Shown here piece after piece: positions 39,401 through 52,037 of a stretch of DNA of 64,000 nt; the stretch's first letter is position 1; the number at the start of each line of letters is the position of its first letter. Made by a program: the position numbers and the translations under genes. The notes beneath the pieces were generated by a model. That model did no database searches. It was not told where the DNA came from and saw only the letters and a list, made by a program, of their open reading frames with translations. Location of the stretch: assembly GCA_004022145.1 (NCBI GenBank), contig RCNU01000012.1. One strand, written 5' to 3'. Origin of the DNA: Paecilomyces variotii. Taxonomy: Eukaryota.

Positions 39401-41006
39401 TGGTGGCGCTTAAGAATGCGTAGAATTTCCCAATGATGCTGTCTTCAGTGAGGGTGGGATCTTCATGGCTAAGGCCGAAATACTTGTACGCCTTGACGAC
39501 GTCTTCTTCGGTATATTGACCCTCAGAATATGCCACCATGACGGCTTGATCGATGACCTCACGCTCCGATCCATCTCTTAAACTGGCTACTGTTTTGAGG
39601 TTCTGAAGATAAAATGGTGCTCGCGATGGATCGACGCTGATCTGCCGATTATATGCTTCCACGACTAGAGCGGAAGACATATCCTCCACAGCCCCCAAGT
39701 CTTCGTAGCACCTAGTATCTCCACGTTAGATTTCGATTGACCACACAGAAAAAGGTAGATGGGAAGACGAACGGTGTCCCTGGCATTTGGAACTCTCTCC
39801 AACCCACGGCCCTTGGGTCTATCGTGTGATCAGCATAGGTCATCGGCATCCAAGAAGAGAGAGGGAAACCAACAGTTCAGGGCCCCAAGAGCATATAAGA
39901 TATCGTTCTGTGCGAGTGCTGGCTGGTCTATTTGGTGCCCCTTCCTCTCAGTAGGTGGTCGTTGCTCTATCAGCGCCGATAGCTCATGCACAACGTCATC
40001 TAGGAAAACATTAAAGGGGTCATGATAAGGTGGGGCTTCAGTAGCCTGGGGGCGCGGGGGCTCCCAGAAGCCTTCATTCTGAATTGAACGGTTGGAGTTA
40101 GCTATTTACTGGTGGATCGCACGTGGTCAAAGAGAACCAAGCAAAGGTACATACCTCGTTGTGGAACTCGAGAAACCGTAGAAGGTCTTGACAGGGAATT
40201 CCTTCAACCCCAAAACAGACCATGAATCTTTTATTCACAGCAGATATTGATTTGCTCCTTTGCCGGTCATGAAGAAGAGCATTGCTGATATATGTGCGCA
40301 GGTTTTCCAAGACGTTGATGGGAAGCGGGTGACCAACTCCCTCTAAGCGATCTGGGTGAGCATTGATGGCTTCATCAGCCCGGTTTTTGAGCAGTTCTGG
40401 GTCCGTTAGAAGTTGCACCCACTGAGGGCCGAGCAGCGGAGAAGCGATGCGCAGAGATGCGACTGCTGAGCACGTTAAATATGAACATTCGTAATGAAAT
40501 GTCTCCACGTGCTGCCCCTTAGGGGTTATCTCCTCCGTAGATTGCCCGCCTGCCTGTCTACCAGACTTGTACACAAAATGGTGGATATGATCTGCTTGAT
40601 TCTGACTGATCTGGCCCACATCCTTTGTATATGTTACGACCAGCTGCAGATGGTACCTGCATTTGGAACAGACAGCTGCAACTCTGTATGTCGTGCCAGC
40701 TCCGCGTCTTTGTGTCTGTGGTGGGAGGATGGTCTGGTTCGTCTTGGTGGTATAGATATGCTGGCAAGCGGCCGGCGAAATCCACTGCTGGATTCCATTG
40801 TATCCTTCTGGAAACACAGGAGGCACTTGCGAAAGTAGGTTTCTGCCCGAACTCGGTGGGTTTTGAGGGTCGTATAGATTAATGTCGGCTGCTAAACGCG
40901 GAGCAGTCTTGCCTATATATTCGTATCGGTTAGCAGGTAACGTTGGGGATTGCCTCAGTTACTACCATGACACGGCTTACAGACCTGCTCTCCCTGGGGG
41001 AGACAT
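36471..41006 (-). CDS. ubp2: ubiquitin carboxyl-terminal hydrolase Ubp2 family, multi-exon
   Basis: USP Cys box [27 protein letters not shown] motif, LPPILQIQVQRVQFD and His box YRLYAVFVHHGSVEFGHYYIYIYD. The long N-terminal region starting MSPPGRAGKTAPRL is typical of fungal Ubp2. Confidence 0.9.
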
Positions 41007-41598
41007 AGGTGGCTGTATTTGCACCAGCGATGGTCGCAAACTTGACACCAAGGAGTCCAGCCCCGAAACTTATGGGTGTTGAGCCTAGAGCTAGCAGTTA
41101 CTAGACCAAGAGCTCTCTGCAGACGGATTGGAGCTTCCTATAGCACAATCCCCTAAGATGCAACTAATCAGATCATAGCCATGCTAAAAGTACATTAGTT
41201 GGCCTTACCCCCGGCTATGCACAGATCACAGGTTAAGAGATCTCAAGAGATCAAACAGCGCAGGCAGAAAGTGACGCCAGGCGAGCGGAGGGGCAAACGG
41301 CCAGACAAGCTTGGAACGGACAGCTCCCATTGACGGCGGAAGCGCCTGCAGCCCAACTCTGAGCAGCCTATCAAAAAGGAAATAGATGAGACGAGAAGAC
41401 CTCCAGCTTGAAACCCATGGAAGAGTCTTTGTCAGATTATGCGACTGTCCTCATGCTCTCAGACGTGCCGCGGAGCTTCCTGGTTGATGCCAAGGAAGGC
41501 GGTATCAGACGGCAAAATTCACTCCATATCCAAAATCGCTCCAACCGACGACGACCGCCCTATCCAAGAGCCGCTCATTCTCGTCTGTATCAGCCAAC

Positions 41599-42380
41599 AT
41601 GGCGTCGACTACGGAAGAGAACTCCTACCATCCTAAGGATGCCATTGCGGCGGCCAGCAAGACCACCCTACTGACCGGTGGAATTGGTCTGTTCGCCTCG
41701 GCCGTCCAGAACACTCTGGTGAAGAAGAATGTCGGACCGTGGGGTGTGTTTACGAGAACCGGCGGCACCATTGGTATTTTCGGTGAGTCGCACTATCTGG
41801 GGTGATATATCTGATTTATTTGAATCAATTGATGCTGACTGTGGGTGATTTTTCAGCGGCGATGGGTGGTACATATGAGTTCGTGAAGACCGCTTCCGCC
41901 AACCTGCGTGAGAAGGAAGACCCCTGGAACGTTGCTCTAGGAGGCTTCTTCTCCGGCTCAGTTCTCGGCCTTCGAGGTTTGTCCTGTCGTTGAGGATGCT
42001 ACGAGGCTACGATCTTCGCTAACCGTCATCCAGCCCGTACCTTCCCCGCCGTCTTCGGATACGGCGCTGCCCTGGCGGCGGCACTGTATGCCTTTGAGTA
42101 CACCGGAGGTTCTCTGCGAGGCTACGAGAAGGACCGCAGCGTGGACGAATTTGAGAGACTGGAGAAGCTGAGGAAGGCATACAGAACACCGGCAGAGGAG
42201 ACTTTCGCTGAATTGGGCGAAGGAAGAGGTATGTGGCTAGATTGGGATCGCACGACTTCTTACGTTCTCGCTAACAAGCCCCCAGGTATCTACGCCCCTG
42301 GCTACGCTGAACGCCGTCGGGAGCGTATCAAGCAGGCATACGGCATCGATGTTCCCGCAACTGCTGCTCCCGCGTCTTGA
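41599..42380 (+). CDS. NADH:ubiquinone oxidoreductase 21.3 kDa subunit (NDUFA11 / Tim17-like family), 4 exons
   Basis: YHPKDAI...GLFASAVQN...GVFTRTG, ASANLREKEDPWNVALGGFFSG, ELGEGRGIYAPGYAERRRERIK. Exons join through three canonical introns. Confidence 0.88.
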
Positions 42381-44451
42381 GATTGGCATCCTCTGGACTG
42401 GCCCAGTTTGTTGCGTCAAAACGTCTTCATGTAATATACCTGCACACATACCAGGGTGTCAAGAGAGCTCACCCAGCTTACAACACGATTTCTTTTCTGT
42501 TTGCGACCTGTTTATTTCCCGTTACGATTGGCAGTAGGATCGCACAGGACACAGCGTCCTTGATACGAGTAGCATCAACAATGGGCCCCCTGCCTGTTGA
42601 TGCGACCCATCTAGCATGCCAGTTTCTGTAGATTTTTTAGCGTTCAGATTCAGATTAGGTCACGGTCCTGGTATGAAGTCGTTCTGCGTAATGGTGCTCT
42701 CGACCGTCAGCGGTGACGCTTGCCCGAAGCTTCCCGTCATGACGGGTTGACCGATGCCGATCGGATTTGATGAGGTCGAGCTTTTTCCTCTTTAAACTTC
42801 TGATCTACAACACCAGACCTTTGTTTCTGTCCTTCTGTTTCTTTTGACATGGACCAAAGATCTCTGGTTTGGTTTACGTCCTTGCCGCTGCCGTCCGTCC
42901 AGTTGGAGGTACTACTGCTGTCACCCTCCGGCAATGGTCCATGGCTGGGCGCCAGGGCAGAGACGGGTGATTTCAGGTGTACACCATGGAAACCAGTTTT
43001 AGAGTAGCCAGTGCACCCCGCCTTGACTCCCATTAGGCGCCAGAGGCAATATTACATTTTTCTCGTGAGGACCGTCTGTCAGTATTACGCCTGTGTCCCT
43101 AGGATAACAGCCGAGATGCCCGATCGGCAGATTGACACTTGCCACAAGTTCCCTTGCACCGCCATGTTTCCCGACGAGCTGTCAGATCCATGTTGTCGGA
43201 CCAGTAGGGCTGCTGCTGGCCTGTCAGCGCTTGTCAGCTGTATGTCTACAGGCGCAGAACGGAGCGCCCTTCGGTGGCTCGAAACTAGCAGTGCGGCCGC
43301 CGGGGGAACCGAACAGAGGGTGGAGCTGGCGCAACGTGCCCGCTTCTCCATGTCTGCTTGCTCCATGACTCCATGAGTCCATGTGCGGGAAAGGCAGTGA
43401 GTCGTTGACGCCACTGTAGAGTAGACAGCCCTGTGGCTATCTCGACGGCAAGTGGACCAGCGCGAAAAGGGAACACGATTCGAACCCGAGACTGACTGCC
43501 GGGATCCATGCCCGTCGACTCGAGTCGAAATAGATAGAGAGCAAGTCAAAATGAATAATAACCATACTCGAGTCCAAGTAAGTTAGACTGTCTTCCGCCC
43601 TTCCGCTGGCGCCGTGTCCAGATGAACATTCGATGACGTTTAGTCGAAGGGAGATAATAGGCTTTTGTAGCTTCCAGCTTGTGATTGTGGTCGTTTCTTC
43701 CCAATCGGGTCGTGACCGTCATGAGAAAGATACGAATCATCACATTTTCCTGTCAGAATCTCCTAGCTTGAGCGTTGGACAGGACGAGTGCGTATTCTCG
43801 AGTTGCCGGTTTCGTCGTTACAGTGCCAATGAACCCCCCCGCGCCTTGACCACCGCCACTCTGCGGCATCTTTAGTGTACTCGTTGTGCCCAAAAACGAT
43901 GAGGCAGTGAAAAACAACACTTGCGTTAGTCGATGGCTGAGGGGATCTAGGCAAGCTCAGCTGCGCTGTGCTGATGGAGCAGATGTACCCGTACCGTTCG
44001 GAGGACCGAAGCGCGACTACTACTGCAAGACGACGGATTACTCTGCGCTTCGTAAGTCAGTCAGTCAGTAACTTAGTATCCAAGAATTCACCAGGTGGAA
44101 CGAGGTCTCATCATGATCCAAGGCTCAAGCCTCAGGGATTCTCCGCCTAGAGTCCGATAGGCTTTGACGCTGGTCCCGCCAGGCTCCGTCAGTCCGTCTG
44201 GAGAGTTTCCCCTGGAGTTGATTATTATCGTGCGCTGCTAGGATAGAGTTACGAACTGGTGCGGACGGCTTGAGGCTGGACAGGGCGCTGGATGCTTCCC
44301 CGGCGAGGCCGACCGTCGTCGCTGTTCATGTTCAGTTCATGGCAGATGTTCGCAGAGTCGACAAGACGTCATCCGCATCCGTCACGATCGTGGTCTGTAA
44401 CTACTCTAAACCCGTCCGACAGCACCTCCTCCTCCCTCCTCTTTCTCTTCC

Positions 44452-44487
44452 TCTTCCTCTTCTTCTTCTTCTTCTTCTTCTTCTTCT
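44452..44487. repeat. (TCT)n / pyrimidine-rich tract upstream of the SLM1-like gene (probable CT-box promoter element)
   Basis: About ten TCT units within a ~90-nt C/T-only stretch (44424-44510). Confidence 0.75.
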
Positions 44488-44799
44488 TTCTCTCCTCTCA
44501 TCCTCTCTTTCGCAATTCTCCCTCTACATGGCGCTGTTCTCTTCAGCCGTTGTTTCAATAGTCCCGTGCTAATGGTGGGGCTTTATCCGTTAAGCTGATC
44601 ATCTACGCAACCATCGCCGACTCCCCGCAAACAGTTCGCTCTAGATCTGAGCCGACTCTTCGCCAGGGAAGCTCTAGGGACAAAGTCGCCTTCTCGACTG
44701 TGTCTCGAACAATTCCACGTCCAACACCAGATTCACTACTATCTCTGCAATCTTGACGCAGAACAACCCGCCGGTGCGCTCGATCAATCACTCTCCACC

Positions 44800-47627
44800 A
44801 TGGCCATGGCCGCGCGGCCGGATATACCTGCGCAAGACGGGTACGGCTCGGTCCCGCACCCCACGGATCCAACGCACCTGAGCAAAGGCTATGGGGTCGG
44901 TTCGGGGTCAAGACCGGCTTCTTATGTCGCTAGTTCGGACTACAATGCTGCCCATGGTGCTCTGGAGCCGTCGCATCTGGCACACCCGACTCGATTTCAC
45001 GAAGAACTCGATAACAACAACGACGACTACAACCAGCGCAATTCCACCGTGATGGATGGTTCCTCTGCAGGCGGTTTGCACCGATCCGATTCGCATTCAT
45101 CGCATGCGCAGTCGGTATCTCTCTCGAGAGGCGGAACGCTGAGGAAGAAGGGATCGCTAAGCAAGAGGGCGAGTCTGAGACGCAGCGGAAGCCGGAAGAG
45201 TCTCCGTGCTGGCAGTGTTAGGAGTCTACATCTAGGCGATAAGGAGAAATATGGTGTTGACGGGGCCGATAATATGAACAGTCCTTTTTTTGTGCCGATC
45301 CCTACAAATGGAAGCCCGACGGATGTCCTAGCGAATCGGTTTCAGGGTATGTGGCTTGTGATCTTACCGTTCCGGATCGACGATACTGACTGAACTGCAG
45401 CTTGGCGCAAGGTTTTAAAAGATCTCATCGTTTTTTTCAAGGATCTCCAGAAGTCGCATGAGACCAGATCAAAGCTATTCCTATCGGCTTCGAACATCGT
45501 CAACAACGCTTCACTTCCGCCAACGTTTCTGGAATCGGGTGGTCTGGCGGATGCCACGGAGATCCTGCGAGACTACCACAAGCAGGGTCTTGCTGAGGCT
45601 GCTAGGGCAAAGGAAATCGACAACGAGGTGGTCCTGCAATTGACGGGTCTCAGGAGTGACCTTCAACAGAAAACTAAGGAGATTAAGAGTCTATCTGGGG
45701 ACTTCAAGAACACGGTTGATAAGGAGGTCGAGGGGACCCGGAAGGCCGTTCGGAATTTGCAGGAGGCATTGGGGCTCGTCGATCTGGATCCTGCTGCTAC
45801 ATCAGGCAAAGGTGATCCGTTCATCGTGAGATTACACGTGGACAGACAGATCGAGAAACAAATTGAGGAGGAAAACTATCTTCACAGGGTGAGTGCAAAC
45901 GACTCGTTACTCCAAAAGCGGAGAGCTAACCTTCCTCCAGGCATTTTTAAACCTCGAGAGCTCGGGTAGAGAGCTTGAGTCCATAGTTGTTGGGGAAATC
46001 CAAAAGGCATACAATGCATATGCCAACATCCTCAAACGGGAGGCAGAGCAAGCCTTGGATACAGCGGAGAAGCTCCGAGCTGGCCCGGTCTCGATGCCCA
46101 GAGATCACGAATGGAACAGTTTCATTGCGAACGAGGATCAGCTAGTGGACCCGAAGACCCCGATCCGCAGCGTGGAGAGTATCTCTTATCCCGGAAAGGA
46201 CCATCCCGCCGCTGCAGAAGTCAGATCGGGGATGCTGGAAAGGAAGAGCAAATACTTAAAGAGTTATACGCCTGGATGGTAAGTCGGTTTTTCCATATTG
46301 TTTGTCGTATCTACTAAGATATCCTAGGTATGTGTTATCTCCAACCCACCTCCACGAATTTAAATCACCAGATCGGGTCTCCTGGCAGACTCCTGTCATG
46401 TCACTGTATCTGCCGGAGCAGAAACTAGGCTCCCATTCACAGCCTGGTTCAACATCCCACAAATTTATGCTCAAAGGACGCCAGACGGGAGCAATGCACC
46501 GTGGTCATGCTTGGGTGTTCCGCGCAGAGTCTCATGAAACAATGATGGCGTGGTATGAGGATATCGAGAATCTGATCGAAAAGACTGGAGAGGCACGAAA
46601 TGCGTTCGTTAGGCGGCATATGCGAAGCCTAAGCGGTGGAAGCTGGAGAGCCAGCTCGATCAGCAGCGACGGTGCGATGGAGGAAGACGAGGCCGATCGA
46701 ACACCCTACTCTGCCGAATCTGTGATGATGAACCAAGAAGCCCCAGAAACAGAATCGCAAGGGCCACGTCCTCAGCCAGGTGGAAGGTTCGGCAGTGACG
46801 TGCAGATCGACCGGCATATAAATGAACCTCTGTCGCCATCCAGCGGAGAAAGTCTAGCTGATAGGGCGCCATGGGCAGCAGCCGCAGGAGTACCGTTATC
46901 GCATGCTAGCCAGCCTCCTCAGGGACAAGAATACTACGAGGACCGTGTCGATTACGGACAACAAGAGAGGATGCTACCAAATGGCACCTCTGGTCAGTCG
47001 GGCCCAGTTCGCCCAGAGAGACACAGCAGCTACTATGGAGACTGGATAGGACCGGTTGCTGCTACCACTACCTCCAGTCCAACTAGAAACAATGAGCAGT
47101 TGCAGCAACGACCGGCCACGGCTTACCAATACCACCAACTCCTGGATGAACACCCTGATCTTGCGCGACAACGAAGTAACAATTCAAGCGTACCTGTCGC
47201 TACGTCGCCATCAATCAATGCACGGGATATGTCTTACGAGCCGCAGGCGAACCGGTATGAGAGCGCATCAACCGTTCCCACCACTACCAATGTTACTAGT
47301 CGCTCCAACAACACTGCTCAAACGTCACTAGACGCTGCTGCGGGTGTGGCTCCAGCTGCTGTCGTCGCAGGAACGCACCGTGACTTAAAACGCCAGGACT
47401 CTGAACGCTCACGAAGAGATACATCTTCCTCCCCAGGGCCAACGTCGACTCTTGCTTCCAGTGCGACGTCCCCTTTATCGAGCAACGGGATTATATACGC
47501 GAGTATGAACCCGCAACTACAACAACAGCAACAGGATGCGACCCGTCCGTCTGCCACGTCGAAGGATAGCGCAACTTCGCTTGAACTACGGATACCGGGT
47601 CGATATCCGCCCGCAGCTACGGCGTGA
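44800..47627 (+). CDS. slm1: PH-domain protein of the Slm1/Slm2 family (BAR-like helical region + PH), 4 exons
   Basis: PIPTNGSPTDVLANRFQAWRKVLKDLI, helical region with GKGDPFIV, PH domain EVRSGMLERKSKYLKSYTPGWYVLSPTHLHEFKS...WVFRAESHETMMAWYEDI, and a long disordered tail. Start may be Met at 44806. Confidence 0.85.
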
Positions 47628-48994
47628 ACAATCTACCATCTAAAGTTTGATGACCAATTCGATCTTGAAAAGGCAGGCTCCTTCAGAACCGAAAAGACGA
47701 CATGGCGTGGCTATCTATCTATGGGGATGAAAATTGATGGCATTAACCCTTGCAGCTCCGAGAACACTGTGTGTACCAACGAGCAAGAACATTCCCAAGG
47801 GACACCGTCAAATCATCCTTCACATGAATTGACCGAAGAACCCCTCATGTGGCGTTTTATTTGACCTTTTTCCCCCCTCCGCATATATCATCTGTGTTGG
47901 TTGGTTAGTTGTCTATTTGTTTCTGCCTTTTAGTCGTTTCCTTTGAAGTTTTGTTATCGATCGACCTCGAGCTTTACCCCTCACGAATTTCGGGTAGGAA
48001 TCCCATGTTAGGAATTTAGGATTTTCATCAACTAGGATTAAGGATAGGTTATGTAAGGTTCACAGGTCTCTTGTTTTATTTTCTGTTTGTTGTCTTCTCT
48101 CCGGAGGGATTCACCATCATCAAATAAATGACTACTACGTTCTTTTCTTAAACCAATCCTACTTAGCCTCCTGTCCTTGAAATCTATCGAGCTGCTGAGT
48201 AGCAGTACTAGCAACTTAGAACATCTTCTACGACACACGAAACCATAACAATAATGACGGATCTATGAATCCAGATTCTAGAGCTGGCTAGCATACATAT
48301 ATCTGACGTTCCATCCTCTATTTTACTCTTGCTTTGTGCCAGGAAGCTCTTAAGCTTGGCACTTATCGTCAAAAGACGAAGCTTATTCGTGATTGGCGGG
48401 GAATTCACGCATACTACACTACCTTCCTTACCTGCCCTTCTTCCAAGTTCCCAGGTAACCTCAATATTATTAAGTTATCTTCGGAGAAACCGTGACGGAT
48501 CGACGGAAGTATTATCGCAAGCCATCATCTGAGGAACAGCTTGAAACACTCGGGACAAAGACTCCACCATGTCCAAAGCAGACCGTAGATAATTGATACT
48601 CAGGTGGAATGGAGAAGGAACTCCGCGACATACGGCACGTACGGATTACATTTTTGCGTCATGTTGACTTGATAAGAAGCTAACTCGAAGGCCTGCAGTC
48701 CGGTAAAGACTGAAACTATGATAAAAGCAATAGGGGGGTAAAGGGGAAAGAAGTTGCGCGAAATGGATCTATCCGTCGAGCCAGCTAGGGGGGTGCCAAG
48801 CAAACCAAACCATCAAATCACGGATCGCTTTTTGTTGTGTCGGTCCATAAGGAAGCGAAGAAGAGATAATGAGAAGAGAAAGGATGCAGACTATCCGGAT
48901 GAACATAGGGAGCCTTAGGAACCATTCAGTGTAGTACATCGTAAACTTTCCGGGGGATATCTCTCGACTCGTTGAAAAGCGTACGGTAATGTTG

Positions 48995-51900
48995 TTACAT
49001 GATCTGATCCTGAGTGATTCCGGACGTAGGTTCAGTACCGTCCATTGCATCTCCTTGCGGTCCCGCATTCAGATACTTGACGAAAGTAATGCCGAGAGGA
49101 CGACCACCGTACTGGTAGCCCGTGAATTTGGCTAAAAAATATAAGTTAGCAACAAGGGGTTCTATCTGCGCGCAGGGTTTCATTTCGTGGCCTACCAATC
49201 GCAGTCTCTGCAGTTTCAGCGTTGTCAAATTCGACCACACCGGTACCGCGAGAGCGACCGTTGGGTTCATACTGGATCTCGGCGCGCTCCACCTTTCCAA
49301 TTGTGGAAAACAGGTCGACGAGATCTTCATTGCAGGTCGACCACGGCAGCTGAGAGGGTACGTTAGTAAATGTGACGCTAAAAAGAGACCAGCCAAAGCA
49401 GCAGCACCTACATTGCGGACATAGATGACGGGGCTCTTCTCTCCTCCAGATGTCGCATAGTCAGTGAAGGGGTTTGGCGGCACAGAAGCACCAGGTTCAC
49501 CAGCACCACCACCAAAGCCACCACCAGCACCTCCGCCAAAGCCGCCGCCATAACCACCTCGGCCGCCAAAACCACCGAAGCCACCGCGACCGCCGAAGCC
49601 ACCACGGCCAAAGCCGCCGCGACCAAAACCACCACCAAAGCCACCACGGCCGCCGAAGCCAGGTCCACCACCGGCATACCTGTCCTCACGGACCTCAAGG
49701 GTCCTTCCCTGCCAGTCGTAGCCGTTGAACTGCTGGATGGCGGTACGAGCGTCTTCAGGGGACTCGAAAGCGACAATGCCAGATCCCTTCGGGCGGCCGC
49801 TGGGGTCCGTGTGAACATCAGCACGGATCACCGCGCCATGCTGGGCTAGATATTTGATTTTTGTCAATCATGATATTCCACTCACGTAGATAGGAGGCTA
49901 CAGGTTGGCTTGTGCAGCTCAGAACTTACCGGCTTGGCGGAACAGATCCTTCAGGTCTTGCCAGCCAACGTTGAAAGGGAGCTAGAAAGAAAACCCTAGT
50001 CAATATGGATTCGTTCCACGATGTTAGATCAATAATAAGAGGGGACAAACGTTAGAAACGTAAATCTGGCGTCCACCGCCTCCTCCACCGCCGCCAAAGC
50101 CTCCGAACCCGCCTCTGCCAGGGCCTCCTCCGAAGTCACCACGACCGGGAGGGCCGGTGAAACGAGGCTCAGCTTCGCGGTCCTGCAGTCAAACAAGAGT
50201 CTCGGATCAGTTCCATGCTGGCTGGCTCGAGAGAAAGGATAGGAAAAATACCTCGCGAACGTAAACGAGTCGTCCCATGAGATTCTGGTTGCTGAGCGTG
50301 TTGACTGCTTGCTGAGCTTGCTCCCTCGTTGCGTATTCCACAATCCTGTATTTCATCTCGTGAGACCTCTTGCCATCCAACGGTCGTTCTCATCAGCACT
50401 TACCCGCATCCCTACAGTAGTCCGTACGGCCAAGCCCAACCCGTCAATCCAACAGTCCATCAAAAATAACCAAGGAAAAACCGGGAAAACCAGCCACACT
50501 ACGCATTGGCGCCCACCTTCGACATTCCATTCGGAAGTAGTAACACATCGGCGAAGAGAACCTCTCCAGCTATAACACACATCCCGCTGTCAGCTTTGTC
50601 CCACCTAGCTGGTGCGCATTTCACCGGCCAGGATATGACCCTGCTCACCCTGTCTCATAAAGTCTTTCAAGTGATGCCATTTCACATCGTAAGATAGATT
50701 GCCCACATAGACCCGGCGGTCTTGCTGGGACGATTCGCGTACAGACTGCATCATCTGTTCTTTGGCAACCGCGCGATCCTCGTACGATCGACCAGACGCA
50801 AAACCACCACGTCCTCCGTAGCCTGAACCCGAATGTCCTCCAGACGCGCCAGCTGCACCACTCATAGGAGATCTGGATCTGCGGTCACTGCGGCGGTAAT
50901 CGTCACGGCTGCGAGAGCGGCTACGCGGCGAGTACGAACGACGGCTGCGACGAGGACTGCGTGAACGGCGACGAGGAGAACGAGATCTCTCACGCTGCGC
51001 GTGGTCAGTAACTGTTGGGAAGGACGGCATTGAAAGTAGTAGTGCGCGGGGGTGGACGAAGGGATGAGGAGGTTTCCGAGGGAGAGGGCGAAATTCACTC
51101 GAAGAGGAACGGGGATGCAGAGGACCCGGGCGGTCAGGTGACGCAAGCTGAGCAGCGGGAAACAACGAGCGACAATGAGGCAGGAGCGAGAGAGCGCGAG
51201 AGAGAGAGAAGAGAGAGGAGAGAATCAAGCAGCACAACTCTTTTCATCTCGCACTCGCGATGCTGCGCATCCATCTCTGCGTCTCTGATTCTTTTTTCCC
51301 CATCATTTCGCTCGGGCCCCAAGGTCATGCGCTCAGATGCGCACCATTGGACCTAGGACTCGGCCTCAGGCGCGCAACGGATGCCATCTATCACGACCAT
51401 CCTGCTTGCCTGCCAGTGTGCTTCTGCCCGATCTTCAACCTAAGCAGACCGGCTGGAGGCATTTGCCCAGTCCCTGAAAGCCACCAGCCCTACGGATCGA
51501 CGCAGGACACGCTGGGATCTGCGAATGGTACAACAGAGGAAAGAGAAAGCTCAACTTACTTGATGCGGTCGATAGACGTCAGCTGTATCTAGGACGGATC
51601 AATGCCAAAGCGTGAGCCGCAAGTTTATATCAAAAAGACAAGACGAGGGGAACCAAGGACTGATAAAGAACAACGCGGGGCAAGGCGAGGGACTCGACAG
51701 ATCGAGACTAAGAGGGGGTCCCTTAACAGAAAGAGAAAGGGAAGGAAGAGTGCGTGGAGAAGGGAAGATGATGGTATGTTAGGCGGATGGCCGGCGATGC
51801 TGCGGCTGCGGCAGCAATCTAACAGGCCTTCTACACCGTAGCCAAGACAAGGGGTGGGTGGCGGGCCAGAACTGGGGCAGAACAAGAGCAACAAGCACCA

Positions 51901-52037
51901 GAGAAGTACAGATGGGGGAGGGGAGGGGAAAGATGCGGCTCGAGCCGGAGCCAGAGAGGACGAAAGCAACTGAGATTCAATTTGGGGGGGGTAGGCGGAC
52001 GACGGGAGACAAGAGACGCAAAAAACAACCCACCCAT
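48995..52037 (-). CDS. snxA: SR/RRM mRNA-binding protein of the Gbp2/Hrb1 (A. nidulans SnxA) family, 11 exons
   Basis: RS-rich N-terminus ([14 protein letters not shown]) and three RRMs ([48 protein letters not shown]) with RGG linkers. First coding exon is ATGG at 52037-52034, then a 23/29-nt exon (51582 or 51588 to 51560). Stop at 48995. Confidence 0.85.

Noticed and set aside
46326-46334. TAG|GTATGT junction in the SLM1-like gene resembling a recursive or twin-intron splice site
   Set aside because: The GTATGT bases encode the conserved W-Y-V of the PH domain, so the match is explained by coding constraint.
51240-51310. Possible box C/D snoRNA in the long intron of the RRM gene
   Set aside because: Box C is imperfect (ATGATGG), with no convincing box D or terminal stem.
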